A stretch of DNA of 64,000 nucleotides from positions 37,528,761-37,592,760 of the forward strand of contig NC_068981.1 of the NCBI RefSeq assembly GCF_001194135.2, read 5' to 3'. This DNA is from Octopus bimaculoides. Lineage: Eukaryota. The position numbers and the translations under genes were made by a program. Under the pieces are notes generated by a model, which made no database searches, was not told the DNA's origin, and saw only the letters and a program-made list of their open reading frames with translations. Shown here piece by piece: positions 24,885 through 39,800 of the stretch. Every line of letters begins with the position of its first letter. Position 1 is the first letter of the stretch.

Positions 24885-25160
24885 ATTAATGAGAACAAGT
24901 TGTCTCTTCCAAACCAGAGGATAAAACAACCCTCAGTCTTTTGTCATCTCCACTATGAGGTTCAACAACCTGAGCTCAATCTTCCCAACTTTGTTCATGT
25001 CATTTTGGGTTTCCCTCTACTATAAGTTCCATCCATATGTAGGCACATCTATATGCAGCTGTTTTCATCCATACACACCACATGACCATATCAACACAAT
25101 CTTCACTCCTGCACACCTTTGGTTATATACTCAGTCAGGTCTGATATGGGCTAAAGAACA
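24885..25160 (-). mobile_element. Decayed RTE LINE C-terminal fragment
   Basis: Minus strand resembles RLRWYGHVV.MDE.SCI..GKPKMTW; homologous to 17130-17260 and 28900-29040. Confidence 0.55.
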
Positions 25161-28100
25161 GCACCTACAAAATTAGAAGAGTCATTATTTTATTCTCTGT
25201 TCAGTCATTTCTTTGTATGATCATTCACAATTCCCTATTTCATTGATGATAACTTGTTTAGCCATTATAACACAATGCCTTTTATTCAACGTTTTAAGCC
25301 CAGTATTACTTAAGAAATTGATTTTTAAAAAACGATGCTTTTTGTGTATGTATGTAAGGATTATGTCAGCTTATTGAAAGTTGTTTTCTTCTAGATTCTT
25401 AATTCATTCTATTCTTTGTGCATCACTAGTCTTGACTGCTTCCTTTCAACATGACTCTTTAATGAATTTTTCTGTGTGGTTCATAGGTAAATATCTGATA
25501 TGTCTCTTATTATTATGAACAAGTGTAGCTGTAAGATCTAATTATTATTATACCACAAACCTTCACACTGCTGTTTATTTACTGCTAGTAATGCTTATTC
25601 ATTACTTCAGATTTTGTTGGAAACACTGCTTGTGTCACTGCACACATCAATAATAAAATTTGTGTTGTGAAAAGAACTGGTGTTATGGACATCTATTCTG
25701 TTTTCCGACTTTTCAATCAGCTGAAAGAAAAATTTCTTCATATTTTCTTTCATAGATTGTGTTGTTGTGACTGTTTTGTTTGTTTGTTTTTTAATTGCAA
25801 TGTCAGTCTGATAAAGGAAGAATTTCTATAGAGTTTTTGAGCCCACTTTGACTATATATTAAGAATAACTGAGTGGTACTATGGCAATCACTGGTCAGTT
25901 TGAATTGTTGCTGGTTAGATGGGATGAATAGTGATAGAATTTCCAAATGATGTAAATTTAAAAGCAAAATGGTTGGAAAAAAATTGTTCAGAACATTTTG
26001 TAAATGATGACATGCAATGTTCTAAACAGTGAGAGGAAGTGATATGAAAAAGAAAGGTAAATACGTATGTGTGAGTGATGTGAACAGTCAAGACAATCTT
26101 ATAAGAGGATAAATTGTTGTAAAAGGAACACACTTACTTGTGAGACTACCAATAAATGTAGAACCAGAACCAATGTGTTCAGAACCAGAAGCCAACTCTA
26201 CAATGTGTACTCCAGATAAAATCTGACATGAAACACTATAGTTGAAGAAAAAACTACCAATTGTACATTTCTATCCTGTATTTAATCATAACTTTGCATT
26301 TAGTTTAAAGAAATATGTTCAATGAAAAATTCAGGCAAAACATTAAAAATATAAACATGAAAAATCAGAAAATTATGTTATAAAAGTTTCTCCTTATAGT
26401 TTATTAGGCTGATTTACTGAGATCTTGACAATTATTGTTCTGCCCACTCAAAGAAAGTTACTAAACCTTCCCCTTCCCCCATTCTCACCCATACCAAATC
26501 ATGAAATAGGTCCTCATACAATACAACCCTCTCATTTCCCACCACCAGTCTATCCCTGTCCTCCATTCTCTTCTGTTTCAAGAATGGCCTCACTTGCCTT
26601 CTTTATTTCTAAGTTTGCACATTATCATTTGGATTATGAAATTTTGTTGAACTTGTTCAAAATGTATAGTGATGCCCTAGTTAGCCATACATGTAGTCCC
26701 CAGTTTTGGACAAACAGAACTGATTTGTCTATCTTGCTGGTAGTTTTTGTTTTTAATAGCTGTAATCTCTGAATGTTCTCATCAAATGTGTCATATTCTT
26801 ATTCTGCAATACAAGAGACTTTGTTAGTCTTCCTTCGTGAAGGTTGTGCAGGCTGGCATGTAGGCTTGCATGTTGGAAACAGTTTTATGGAAGTGTAAAG
26901 AAATTTACACAATGTAACTTTTAGCCTAGCCAAAAGTGTACTTGATTCTGGCTATAAGTTGTTTGTGCAAAGAAACGAAAAACATGCTTAAAGAAATCTC
27001 TAAAAGCAGCGTAATCCCTGAACTGAGAGAGGAAAAATTGGACAACATTCTATTAATACATACTGCAATGGAAAAATTATTAATGAGCTTCTGACCCATG
27101 TACTTATTACTGAAAGTGCTTACATCCAAACAGCCTTGCATATTATCTGGCTAGACAGTTTAAAAATTTATTGATATAAGAGAGACTGTTTTGTTTTTTT
27201 AAGGTGTAATGAGCGAAAGGCAACTGATGTGAGATATAAAAAAGTTTTTAAATGGTCAATTTCCATTATTTTTAAAGAATGAATACCTAAACTGATGTAC
27301 AATATAATTGGTTATAGTCAACTCAATAACATTAGTTATGAACTGACTCAGTAACATTATGTTCACCATGCTGCATTGAGAACATGGTTAACCGACAGAA
27401 AAAATTAAAAAGCTTGTCTTTCACAAGTTAACTGTTTCCATATCTCAATATCAGCAGGATGAAGAATTTGCTGAGTTTAATAGCTCAAAGGTATACTGCT
27501 CAAGCTGAGCAGTGAGATACACAGCTGAGAATAGTCAAGCTCAGTTTTCCTGTTCAACACAAACAATTAAAATTATTTCAATTGAGAACAGTGAGTATAA
27601 AAGTTGAGAAGACTGAGCAAGAGTGAGAGCCTAATATGAAATCTGTTCTATTATTGATCTTGAAGGTAAATGCAAGATAATGTCCTAAGTGTACCACTTA
27701 TACAGCCATTAACATAAAGAAATGATGGACAAAAAGGTTCAGCAAAGTTGATGAGATACTTTTGATTGTAGGGTTAAAAAGGTTTAAGATGAACTGGTTT
27801 AGAAAGGCAATTTTGGATTTGTGTGTGCAGGGCAGTCTTCCTACAAGAGTAACATATAAAAGTTCATGACCTTATCAATGTTAGAAAATATCAAAGCAAG
27901 ATAACGCTTGAGATGAAAGAACAAAGCAGTTTTATTGATAGACAAGTATTTGAAATAACTACCTAAATAGAATACTACTTGGAAGGGATATTTAATTTAG
28001 TTTACATATTGTTTTTAAAACCTAATTTGAAATAGCATAAGTATTTTCTTTGAAAATTTGAAGTTAAATTTACCAGTTCATCAGAAAACAGACAACAGTT

Positions 28101-28509
28101 TGAAATAGAGACAGCTTTGTTATATAATGCTGTTTATTCCTTCCCACATGAAATTGTGTTTCATGGATTGTCACTTTATATTTGAAGTCAGCAGAGCATT
28201 TCTCCATATAGTTTATCTACTGTCAGGTTACTTTTATCTTCTAAATTCAAGCAACATAAATTGTGACTGGCAAGTGTTTTGTTCTAATGTATAGCATTGA
28301 GTTTCAGTGACTATACGATAAATAAGACAAGATACCAACACATCATGACTAATTCATGCAAAGAAAGCAACACATATATTTGTGGTATATCATGATGACT
28401 GTAACAATGTAAAGCAAAGGTTTAACAGATAATTCATGTTACTTTCATAAGTTTTTTTATCGCCACTATTCTTTTATTGTATTTTTTTAAAGTAACTTCT
28501 ATGTGTTAT

Positions 28510-28780
28510 TTCTGTATTCTTTTATTTTATTCTTTTATTTGTTTCAGTCATTTCACTGCAGCCATGCTGGAGCACTGTCCTTAGTCGAGCAAACTGACTC
28601 TAGAACTTATTCTTTGTAAGCCTAGTACTTATTCTATCAGCCTCTTTTGCTGAACCGTTAGGATAAGGAGATGTAAACATACCAGCATCGGTTGTCAAAC
28701 GATGTTGGGGGGACCAACACAGACACACAGACATATACACAGACATACATATACATATATATATATATATATATATCGAC
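28510..28780 (-). mobile_element. SINE family A tail plus internal microsatellite
   Basis: Same block as 20-350 and 37081-37300. Confidence 0.8.
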
Positions 28781-28799
28781 TTGAAAGAAATGAAGCTAG

Positions 28800-29790
28800 T
28801 ATGCTTCACTGGCTGTGCAATGTCAGTGTGCATGTTTGACAGAGTGTAAGCATCTTGAGAGAAAAGTTAGGCATAAGAGGCATTAGATGTGGTGTGCAAG
28901 GGACACAAATGCACTGGTATAGTCATGTGATGTGTATGGACGAGGACAGCTGTGTAAAAAAGTGCTGATACCTAACTGTGGAGGGAACCTGTGGTAGAGG
29001 TAGACTGAGGAAGGCATAGGGTGAGGTGGTGAAGCATGATCTCTAAACTTTAGGCCTCACAGAGGCAACAACTAGTGACCAAAACCTTTGGCGATATGTT
29101 GTACTTGAGAAGATGTGTCAAGCCAAGTGAAATTGTAGTCGTGGCTGATGCTGTTGTCACATAAGCAGCACCCATGCAGGTGGCACGTAAAAAGCACCTT
29201 TAGAACATTGAGCCTTGCAGAAGCAAAGTGGTCGAGTTCCTTTCGAATGTTGGGCTTCATGGAGGCAATGACCGAGACCTTTGGCATTATGTTGAGCTTA
29301 AAGAAGAAGACCCATCAAGTCAAGTAAAATTGCAGTCATGGCAGGTACCAGTGTCACACAAATGGCACTCATGCTGGTGGCATGTAAAAGCACCTTTCAA
29401 GCATTGGGTCTCAAGGAGGCAAGGACTGAGAATATTTGACATTATGCCGGGCTTCAAGAGTTGGGCTTCACAGAGGCAAAAACCAAGTCCATTTGGCATT
29501 ATGCTATGCTTGAGAAGAAAACCCATCAAGCCAAGTAAAGCCACAGTCATGGCAGATACTGGTGTCATACAAATGGCACCCATGCCAGTGACACATAAAA
29601 GCACTCATTACATTTTTGGAGAGATTGGTATTAGGAAGGGCATCCAGCTGTAGAAATCATGCCAAAACAGACAGGAGTCTGGTGCAGCCTTCCAGCTTGC
29701 CAGCCCTGGTCAAACCGTCCAACCTACGCCAACATGACAATGGACATTAAATGATGATGATGATGATAATGATGATGATGATGATAATGA
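28800..29790 (+). mobile_element. RTE LINE 3' end with a triplicated ~200-bp subunit and (GAT)n tail
   Basis: HWYSHVMCMDEDSCVKKC..GTCGRGR; three tandem units at ~29045, ~29250 and ~29460; family C tail to 29790. Confidence 0.8.
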
Positions 29791-29799
29791 TGATAATGA

Positions 29800-30900
29800 T
29801 TACCATCTCAAGACGCATGATGGCTTAGCCAGAGAAATCTACAATAGAGTTTTAAAAAAAGCAGCAATTGAAGACGACCAGTAGATCAAAAGATTATGGG
29901 TAGAACTAAAGAATGAAAACAGCAACCAAATTGAAACTCAACTAACTTGATATTATTGTTTGAAATTATAAAATATACTATGTTGTGAGAAATCAGCTGT
30001 CCCCTTGATGTCAATGAAGTAAAAGGAGACATCTGTGGACTTTTGTTGATGAATCTGCAAATCCCATATGAGAAATACACTTGAAGTTTTATACGCTTTG
30101 TTGTTGGGGTGGCAGAGTATGTACGAAACAATTTCAATTAAAGTATGAGTCAACCTAGTTTCTTAGATAAAGAACTTAGCTCTATAATCCACATGTTATA
30201 GAAGGTTGATATATGACAATAAAAGTCTGCAAGATTTTTATAAAATTTAAATAGTGAATGGTTGGTCAAAGTTCTTTTGGAATACTTGTCCATCGAACTA
30301 GAGGATACCAACAACAATGACAGAAAGAGTGGTCTCTGAGACCTACTGATAAATACATCTCATCCTGTTTGAAAGGATACTTCTTAACTATTCAGAAACT
30401 ACTAAATAACTTATTTATCACATAAGAGAGATAAGGATAGCTCCAAACTTCCCTATTTTCGTAGAAAATGTTGATTATATCACACCAGTGTTGAACATAT
30501 AACTCACATTGTCAGAAGCTGTTTAAAAGTGCTTTCACTGTATTGCATTTCCATGGGATATGACATTGTTGCCAGAAGTATTTATAAAATTATTCACTGG
30601 AACGTTCGTACTGACAGTCATATGAAAAGAACACCAATATTACAATGGTGTTCCTTTCATATCTAACAATAAGAAATACTGGTGGAGCAATCTAATGGAA
30701 ACGGTAATCCAGGGCAAACATAACGGATTTGATATTGTTCTGTGGGTCAGAGAACAAGAAGTTATGCATTACTGTAGAGGACAGCTGCTTAGTAGACAGA
30801 GAATGGATAGAGACGCAAACTAATTGGAAACTTATAGCTCTTGAATCAAGGCTAAAGATTTTCAATTGTAACTTGTATAGAACTATCTAGCAATAAATTT
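29800..30900 (+). mobile_element. Two rearranged decayed fragments of an R4/Dong-like (REL-endonuclease) non-LTR retrotransposon
   Basis: YHLKTHDGLAREIYN..EISCPLDVN..LQIPY..F.VG (29800-30150); second copy ..VEHITHIV.SC..YDIVARSIY..YWWS..KHNGFDIVLW (30350-30800). Confidence 0.6.
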
Positions 30901-33900
30901 GAACAAAAGTCTAGATAAATTGGCATTTTCTATGAAAGAACAAATTTAACTGATTTACATCCTGAAAATTACATCGATTAGTGGATACAGGTAAGATTCG
31001 TAGAAAATTTCAAATATTTTTTATTTGGATTTCCTGCATTGAATCTATACACACAATTCTGTGTGAATATGGAATATACACAAATACATAAAAAGTAATC
31101 TCATACACACACACACTCAAGTACTAAAGAGACATGTACACCCATTACATGAGTGCAAGTATATCCACAAATAGGTACCTGTTATCTCACTGATACATTT
31201 ACAAACCTCTGAACTGTCTTCACTCAAACAAAAAATGTTTTTCCATAACCAGCTTGATTTCTGTGAAAAACTTGAATTTCAACGAAAATGCATACATACA
31301 TATAAATACATACATGCATGTGTATGCAAATTCATTCACTCACATACATACATACATACATACATAGATGAACACATAGGCAGGCAGACATTTAGAAAAG
31401 CCAATAGAGGAACTGTGTAGAAATAAGAAAGTGTACAAAAATATATTATTCCCAAATATACACTGGTGCAATAATGCAGTATATAACATTCTCTTAATAA
31501 GCTCAATTGCAACAAATAAGCTATAGTAGTAACTGTACTAGTTTTAAAATACATTATATGTTGTCGTTTTTCTCTTGTCTTCAACTAGTTTCAAGCAAGA
31601 AGATATTGTAGAATAGGTAAAAAAAAACAAAACTGGGAAACATTTTGAAATATTACTTAGCAAAGTATCTACTCATCATAAATGAAACATATCAATATGA
31701 GATCAGCATAGTGCATTTCTTAAAAGTTATTCAAATTCTCATTGAGATACTGTTACTGATTAAGTAAGTTCAAGTTTGGACTCTTGGGAAGAAATATTCA
31801 CCTGAAACTTGATAATTTTTAATTTACCACATTTTATTCTTAGTTATTAACAGCTATACAGCTTTTCTTAATAAGTGAGTTTCTACTTTTTTGGCACCAG
31901 TTCAGAGAAAAATGCGTGAAAATATTTCTTATTGCAAATAATTTAGCAGCAATAAAAATTTGTACTGTATAAATTCTTTCATATGTCTAACTTTATCAAA
32001 TTAATCCTTATGTTAACTTAGTAATAACTTTTCTGATTTGATTGCATATCTCCAAGTCTAAGTTATTGCTATTCATTGCTCATATATCATTGCAAGTAAA
32101 CATCTAAAAAATACAGAGAATATTAATGGATTTTAGGATTATTCTCTATATTGCAATTTATTAGAACTATTGTTAAAAGAATATAGAAAATAACTAAAAA
32201 AAAAAAAAATGAAAACAGCTGCAAAAGTGTATTTTCATTACCAAAGTCATCTAATATGCAATGCATAACATCACATACAATGAAAATGCAAACTGAAAAA
32301 AGTGAAAAAAAAAAGATGAAATCTTACTGCATTAATGGTTCTATGAATTTTTTCCCCCAGCATTTAATGAACATAAATTCCAACAGGTAAAACATGTTTA
32401 AGCTGGGTATTATAAATCAACAGGATTTTTTCTACATTAGAGAGAAAAATATTACAAACGCTGAGAATTTCTTTTAGCCTTATTTATAAGATTTTACATA
32501 TTTAAAACTGCATATATTTTCAGTGCGTCTATTTAAGGATTTTGATATGCTTATCTGATTAAAGTAACTAACAAAAGAAAGTTATGAATTCAAGTGAAGA
32601 ATAAAAACTAAATTTTGTTTTTCAATATAATAATAAGTTTTCTGTCTACTGATTAAGTCGCTTATTGACATAAGATGTTTCAATAATTTTGCTATATGTT
32701 GTATCATTTTCAGTTTTATAGGGTTTAGAAACATCTTAAATGAAGAACTGATATCAAACTATTATTGATCAACTTGCTTCATATGAAAGTGTGAATTAAT
32801 GATGATAAATTCTAAGCTTGCATGGTAGTCAAGGAGTGTTAGGCCATGGTATAAATCTATGACATCAATGCATTTGTAAATGTGAAAAAATGGCAATAGC
32901 ATTTCAAAAATATTAATATGATTTAATATTTCCAATGCAACAATGACATTTTAACCCCATTAATATTTGAGTTGGTTGAGTAACAAATTTTTTTTTACCT
33001 TTTTTGCTGGAAAATGGTGAAATGGTTAACTGCTGCACATTTTTTCTGCTAATTACAATTTATATCATTAGAGAGAATTTCTGATATAGTAATAAACATA
33101 TTCTATATTGGAACATATTTGGAAGAATACAAATGTATGCTTGTATGTTAGTATGCATACTTGAAAAATATGAGGAAGATTCAAAAGATTAACTAATGAA
33201 TGTTAATCCTCCTGTATCTCAGCTAGATCCATTGACACACAAAATGTACCAAACACTGAGCAAGGTTAACAAAGGACTTGTTAGCTTCAAAGGGACTATA
33301 TTTCTTTGAACTACGTTCTGTTATGAACATGTCATATGGAATTCTCTTTGTGCTCTTGTGATGACTGTACAGAAAACTTGTAACATTTGTTTGAATGTAC
33401 AGGTACTAGCCTGAGTGATGTGAAATTTTAAAAATAGTTCTCAAAAAGCTGTTAAGTTTTGAGGTGGAATTTATTTTTAAGGAGGCTACAAACAATTTTA
33501 TAACAAACATCTAAGTGTTCTTTATCTATACTTCTTTCTTTATTTTAGTTCTTTCTAGCTTTTGAGTTTTTCCTTTAGCCTTGACTTACCAGTTTTACAC
33601 AGATGCTCAAATTATTTAAATGAATAAATAAAATATGAAAGATAGATATCAGTAAGTATTACTTTGTACATATGGCAAATAAAATTCAATCTCTGCTCTA
33701 TGACAGAAAAAGAGCATCTAAATTGGTTTTCATTGCTTTTTTTAGTTTCTGAAATACCTTTTGTTCCTCTTTGTGTATTCCATTGAAGGTGTAAATTCCT
33801 TTTCTTTTATATATTTTGCATTTGGTATGCTACGATATGTGGCAGACTGTAGAAGAAAAAGACAAGAACGGATACTTTGTGTATAATTTTCTATGTGGGT

Positions 33901-36900
33901 GCAGTGAGGCAAGTGAACATTAAAGGAACAGTCTAAAAGAGATTCTTGTGGGATACTATTTGAAAAGACTTATACCACTGAAATTTTTATCATTTAACTT
34001 TATCAATAAACTCATTGTGTGGCAATAAATGCATGTGTGTGTGTGTGTGTAATTGTTGCTGTTTTGACACAAGACAACATCTATCTAAAAGAAATTTGAT
34101 GAAAAGTATTTCACTAATGGCTATCTTGCTTTGGGATATTTTTAAAAGATATGATGCTTATAGGAGTATATTATCAAATGTGTCCATTTTTCAAATACAG
34201 GGGTGTGATTTCATAGATATTTGGCTGCTATTTCTTGATGTTTGATTAACAATTACGATGTCACTTTTATCGGTTCATATTTTGAAAGTTGGTTGGCTAG
34301 TTGTATTCTACATTTGCTTTCTACAGATGAATCAAATATCGTTTTCAAATTTCGGTACAAGGCTAGAAATTTCAAGAGAAGGGCTATGTCGATTACATTC
34401 ACTACAGTGTTCAACATTCACTATAGTGTTCAACTGGTAGTTTATTTTATTGACACCAAAAGGACGAATGACAAAGCTGACCTTGATGGAATTTGAACTC
34501 AGAACATAGAGACAGACTAAATGCCTCAAAGCATTTTACCCAGCAGGCTAATGACTCTGCTAGCTCACCACCTTTAATGATTTAAATATTAATTTAGTGA
34601 TTGAATAGTGGAGAATATAATTGATGCATTAGTGTAACATATATTTCAGTTAAAATCATGTATAAATTTCTGTCCGCCTGATGGCTATGTGCAATAAAAG
34701 GATTTAATAGTTTGCTGCTAATGTAAACAAAGCTTTGGTAGTTGTTTCTCTAAAGAATAATTTGTTGTGGAGCTTTATAAATGTGTGAAGTGTTTAATGA
34801 TCAATGGGATGTTGTTCCTAAAAGAACAGTGAAGGAAGGTATGGGAATTAACGATGTTTTTAAATATGACATCCATTTAGAGTTGGATAATAACTGGTTT
34901 AGATGAGAAGGAAAATCAGTTGTAAAAGGAAGAATTAAGTGATTAATTTTATGGACATGGGTATCTTACTGCAAGACATTGATTTAGGCTGTCAGTTATT
35001 CAGGACTCCACTAAGACAGTAGTTAACATTATAATAGAATTGTATGTCTACTTCTGTAGAATATGATACATCTAATCTACTTAGTGACCTTGACTTCTTT
35101 GGTGTTTTGTCTGACTGTAGTGCCAGCTGAGGCTAAAAAAACACCATGGCCGTTCCAGTATTTCAACCTCATAATAATTCATAGAAATGTTGATCAAGAT
35201 GCTTCCATTATTGTTGTCATCTTTGTCATCATCATCATTTTACTGTCCATTTTTCCATGCTTGCATTGCTCAGACAGAGTTTATTGAGGTAATTTTCTGA
35301 CAGCCAGATGCCCTTCCTGTCATCGACCCTCTCCTATTTCCAAGCAAATAACAACGGTTGGTTAGACATGCTTTTCATGAAAGATTGCAAATGAATGACA
35401 TCACTTGTATGACAGTAAGTTTCTTTTATAAGACTTACATTTAATGACAACACAAGGGGTAGCACAAATATGTACATGCAAACAGAAGAAGCAACACATG
35501 CACACATACACATGCACATACAGACATATCCATCACCCTCACACGCATATATAAATATGTACCTATATACAATGGACTTCTTTCAGTTTGCATTCACTAA
35601 ATACACTCATAATCTTTTTTTTATTAACCGAGAGCTTTAGTAGAAGGCATTTGCCCAAGATACCATTCAGTGGAACTTGACCCCAAACTTCATGGTTTGG
35701 AATCAAGCTTCTTAACAACACTGCCAAAATCAAAGTAAATAAATATTGTGTCAAGAAAGAGTATGAAGAAGAAAAGTCATCTTTTTTAGCAACCAAACAG
35801 AAGCAATGTCAACAACATACCCCATCACCACTTTGGTTAGTGTGGTGAGGCCCATATTTGGTTGAAGAGTTTTAATAGTATTAAAACTTGTCTAGATCTG
35901 TCTCCCATACTTGCCAGTGTAATTGAAATAATACTAGTTATTGTTTAATATTGTTCCTCTCATCACATAATCATTTCTAATTAGCTTTGTAAAAATCATT
36001 GCATGAGACATGGCAACACAACTTGGCTATTGTTTTTCTTTATGAGGATAGTGTCTGAGTAATTTCAATAAACTGTTCTTTTGTAATTTCAGCTTTTTTC
36101 TTGTTTTGCTTCTTTATTTGCTTCCTATTGTGGATATTTTCCATATATTTTTTCACACTGATTTCACCCCAATTATCACTTAACTCACATAATCCTATCA
36201 ATATTGCACATGATTAGACATTAAAATTATCATTCTTTAGAGAATAAATGACTGAAAAGATTTATTCAAAGACGCAATCTGCACAATAAACAATCCCAAA
36301 TGTACTGGGATAGTAATGTTTTTTCTTTTTGTTTCTGAAGGAACTATTGTATATACCTGCTCCTAAAGATATTTGCAAGATGAGAATGTTTTCTACTTAG
36401 TAGAACCTACAGATAGAACTGTGTACGAGAGAGAATTATGTATTTCAGATGTTTGATTTCTTTGTAGACATGTGAATAATCCTGTTGCTCTTGGATATCA
36501 GTTTGCTGATGTTTTCTTACAACTATTACTTTCCTTCAAGAAAACTTAGCTTCGTGCAAATTAATACCTTATTAAGTACTTTTCTCTACTAGACCACTGA
36601 AATGTATCCTTTTTTTTCCCTATCAGACAGCTGCAGCTTATATACATGTCTAATATGGTTCAAAAGCAAAAATATAACATAATGCAAATACAGCTGTTGT
36701 CGAAAAATTTGCTTTGCAACGTTTCTGAGTTTGATCTGACTGTATAGTACTTTAGTGTCTTCTACTGTAGCTTTGAATTAAACAATACCTTGCTAGTAGA
36801 AAATATGTAGAAGCATGTCATTTATATTGAGTGTGTGTGTGTATGTGTGTGTATGTGCACGCATGCATGCATATGCATTTGTGTGTGCCTGTGTGTATGT

Positions 36901-37080
36901 ATACCTGGGTAAACTGGTTTGTAAAGATGTATTTTATTTATGTCACAACCTAATGGTGTGATAAATAGTGAATGATAACATAAATAACAGTCTGACATTG
37001 GTATTGCATTTAATGCTCCAGTATGACCATTGTCTAATCAATGAAACCAGTAAAAGAATAAAAAAAGTAAAATATGTATT

Positions 37081-37284
37081 TATTATGTTACTTGTTTCAG
37101 TTATTTGACCACGGCCATGCTTGAGCACCACCTTAAGTCGAGCAAATTGCCCACAAGACTTATTCTTTGTAAGTCTAGTACTTATTCTATCAGTCTCTTT
37201 TGCCAAACTGCTAAGTTACAGGGATGTAAATGCACCAACATCGGTTGTCAAGCGATGGTGGGGAACAAACACAGGCACGCAAAT

Positions 37285-37335
<51 letters not shown>

Positions 37336-37505
37336 CAATGAGCTTCTTTCAGTTTCCATCTACCAAATCCACTCACAAGGCTTTGGTCTGCTCGAGGCTA
37401 TAGTAGAAGACACAGTGGGACTGAACCTGGAACCATGAGGTTGGGAAGCAAGCTTCTTACCACACATCCACACAACCACTCCAGTACCTAAAGCCACTCC
37501 TGCGC
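37081..37505 (-). mobile_element. SINE family A, near full length, with a partly duplicated head
   Basis: Head GCGCAGGAGTGG..GGTAAGAAGCTTGCTTCCCAACC..GGTTCCAGGTTCAGTCCCACTG; internal (TA)n(TG)n; conserved tail. Confidence 0.85.
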
Positions 37506-39574
37506 ATATATTAGTCTGAAAGCTTTCAATAGTTTTTGTCATCTTACTTAAAACTAATTTATGAAAGAAAACAAAGTAACTGTATTCCATATAATTGACT
37601 GGATATAATATTTTCACTTTTGTTTTCCCCTAATCTATTACAGGGATTTTTTAAACGGTTTACAATGTTGTTACCTCTTTTAATAGTATAGGGCTTTATT
37701 TCATGAATCCTGAGTGTGTTGGTAAAACATGGGCCTTGTACATGCAGAAGAATCTGGAGATATATATGAACTAAATATGATCTGATGATCTGCTGAATGT
37801 GCAAAATTAACCTGCATGAAATGTGAGGCAAAAGTAAACTGAGAAATCAAATAAATATTAAGGGCCTCAGCTGATAATTGAAAAATAGACAGACAGAGCT
37901 GTTTTGGGTATATGAATTAAATTAATAATACATATGATGACCAAAAATATGTAGACTGAATGTGGAAGATACTCATAACAGATGATAGAGAAAATAAGAG
38001 TAGAAATGATGAGGTGAAATCTAATCACTCATAGATACAAAGACTTAGAAATAGGATTAGAGGTGATACACTATACAGTAGACATAACAAATGTATTTGA
38101 ACATGAAGAAACAGACTTTAAATCTGTGGTGACAATAGTGCTGCTATTGATCATGATGAGAAGTGGGTGATGATTAGAATCTTGACAATGATATTGAAGT
38201 AAAATTCTTGTTTCCAAGTTCTATCTTACATTAGTCACTCATTCTGAAATAGTGTGGTGTTTAGCAAATTTGGCACAGAGATTTTTAATAAATTATTAAA
38301 AGAAAAAAAGAAAATATTTTTTGTCTTTTTGTCTTTTTAGGAAATACAAATCTTTTCTTTAAATAAAATATTTTATTTACGTTCAATATTTCTTTGAATG
38401 TTCTTTTCTGTATGTATATTGTTTGCCTTGTACTATTCATACAGTATCTGAAGCTATATAAAAAAATATGTATATTTATTAAACTGAAGTAGTTTCATAC
38501 TTTGTTTTTATTAAACCTTCAGAATGCAACTTTTTTACTTCAGCAAAGATCAATCATTTTTATTAAACAAAATTATAACATAGTCAAATATATTGAAGTT
38601 TGAAAAAACAAAGCAAAACAAAATTTTCCAATATTTTTCTTTAGAAATGCCTTCCCATTATTATGTTCTGAATTAATATATTTAAAGACAAAGTAGGTTG
38701 GGGCTGATTTGTTGTCTGTTATAAAAATGGGGACTAGAATAGGATACTGGTTCATGCATTAAAATGTTGATATGAATTTTTTAACCATTATTTTATAGAA
38801 AGTGTGTCAGTTTTTAAGAAATTAAATATGATTGAAATTATAGACAGAGGCAAAGTAAATATTTACATCAATCTTACATGTTATTTAAACATAGACAAGA
38901 AAAAATCTTTTAAAAGTTATATTTTATATATATATCAATTACAATATTACTTCATGCCAGAGCGTGATGTAGTTGATGATTTTACATCAACATATTTGTA
39001 TAACTTCATAAAATATGGTCACCAGACATCTATTTGTTTGAATTTGTCATTAAAAACCATTGATAAATACATATTAAAAGCTAACAGATGAATATAAAGT
39101 CAAAATAACAATGTGTAAATTTGAGCATAAAAAAAGAAGCCTAATAAATTGTTAACATAAACATAATTATATTTGCATGTGGTATTTTGTCATATCTCTT
39201 TAGCCTTCCTGTGTTTAATTAACATATTAATAAGGGTATGTTGTCCTTAAAATCTAGAGCAGGCTACTTCTAAAATAAATTGATATATTAATCATAATTT
39301 CAAGCACACACACAAGGTTTTAAAATTGGTGTAGTAGTAGACCCAGCAATATCAACTTCAGTTCTTGACAGATGCTTTATTTTATTGGCTATGGAATGTG
39401 CAAACTTGGCTTCATCAGGATTTGAAGTCCAGCATGAGAGGACATAAATTAATTTCATTATGTATTTCATGTAGCATTCAATTGATTCTGTTTTCCACAT
39501 GATGATGAGGAGGAGGAGGATGACGGCAATGTTGGTGATGATGATGATAATGATGATGACGATGATGATGATGA

Positions 39575-39800
39575 TGATGTTATATTTTGCTCCCTTTATG
39601 AAATGGACTAAGGTGGAGCTACAGAACTTGGACAGACGAACTAGAAAGCTGTTCACAAAGCACAATGCATTCCACCCTAAAAGCAATATTGACCAACTTT
39701 ACCTACCAAACAGAATACTAAATGCAGAAGACATTGTCAATACTGCAATACTGGACCAAAGACTTTTGATGTGCAGAGTAAAGAAAGAATGTTTGGTAAG
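39575..39800 (+). mobile_element. R4/Dong-like RT-downstream fragment
   Basis: KWTKVELQNLDRRTRKLFTKHNAFHPKSNIDQLYLP matches the W...EL..LDRKTRK.LT....HPKSD.DRLYL motif of this clade. Confidence 0.7.

Noticed and set aside
26940-27075. Possible hAT dimerisation-domain remnant (..EEKLDNILLIH..)
   Set aside because: A single weak motif with no TIRs or other transposase motifs.
35063-35287. ORF with a signal-peptide-like N-terminus (MIHLIYLVTLTSLVFCLTVVPAEA)
   Set aside because: The 3' half runs into a decayed family C SINE and (CAT)n; there is no recognisable mature peptide, and hydrophobic ORFs are common by chance in T-rich DNA.
37644-37691. Acceptor followed by GFFKR (integrin-alpha cytoplasmic motif)
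   Set aside because: It continues as hydrophobic FTMLLPLLIV-stop, unlike charged integrin tails, and no upstream transmembrane or beta-propeller exons were found.
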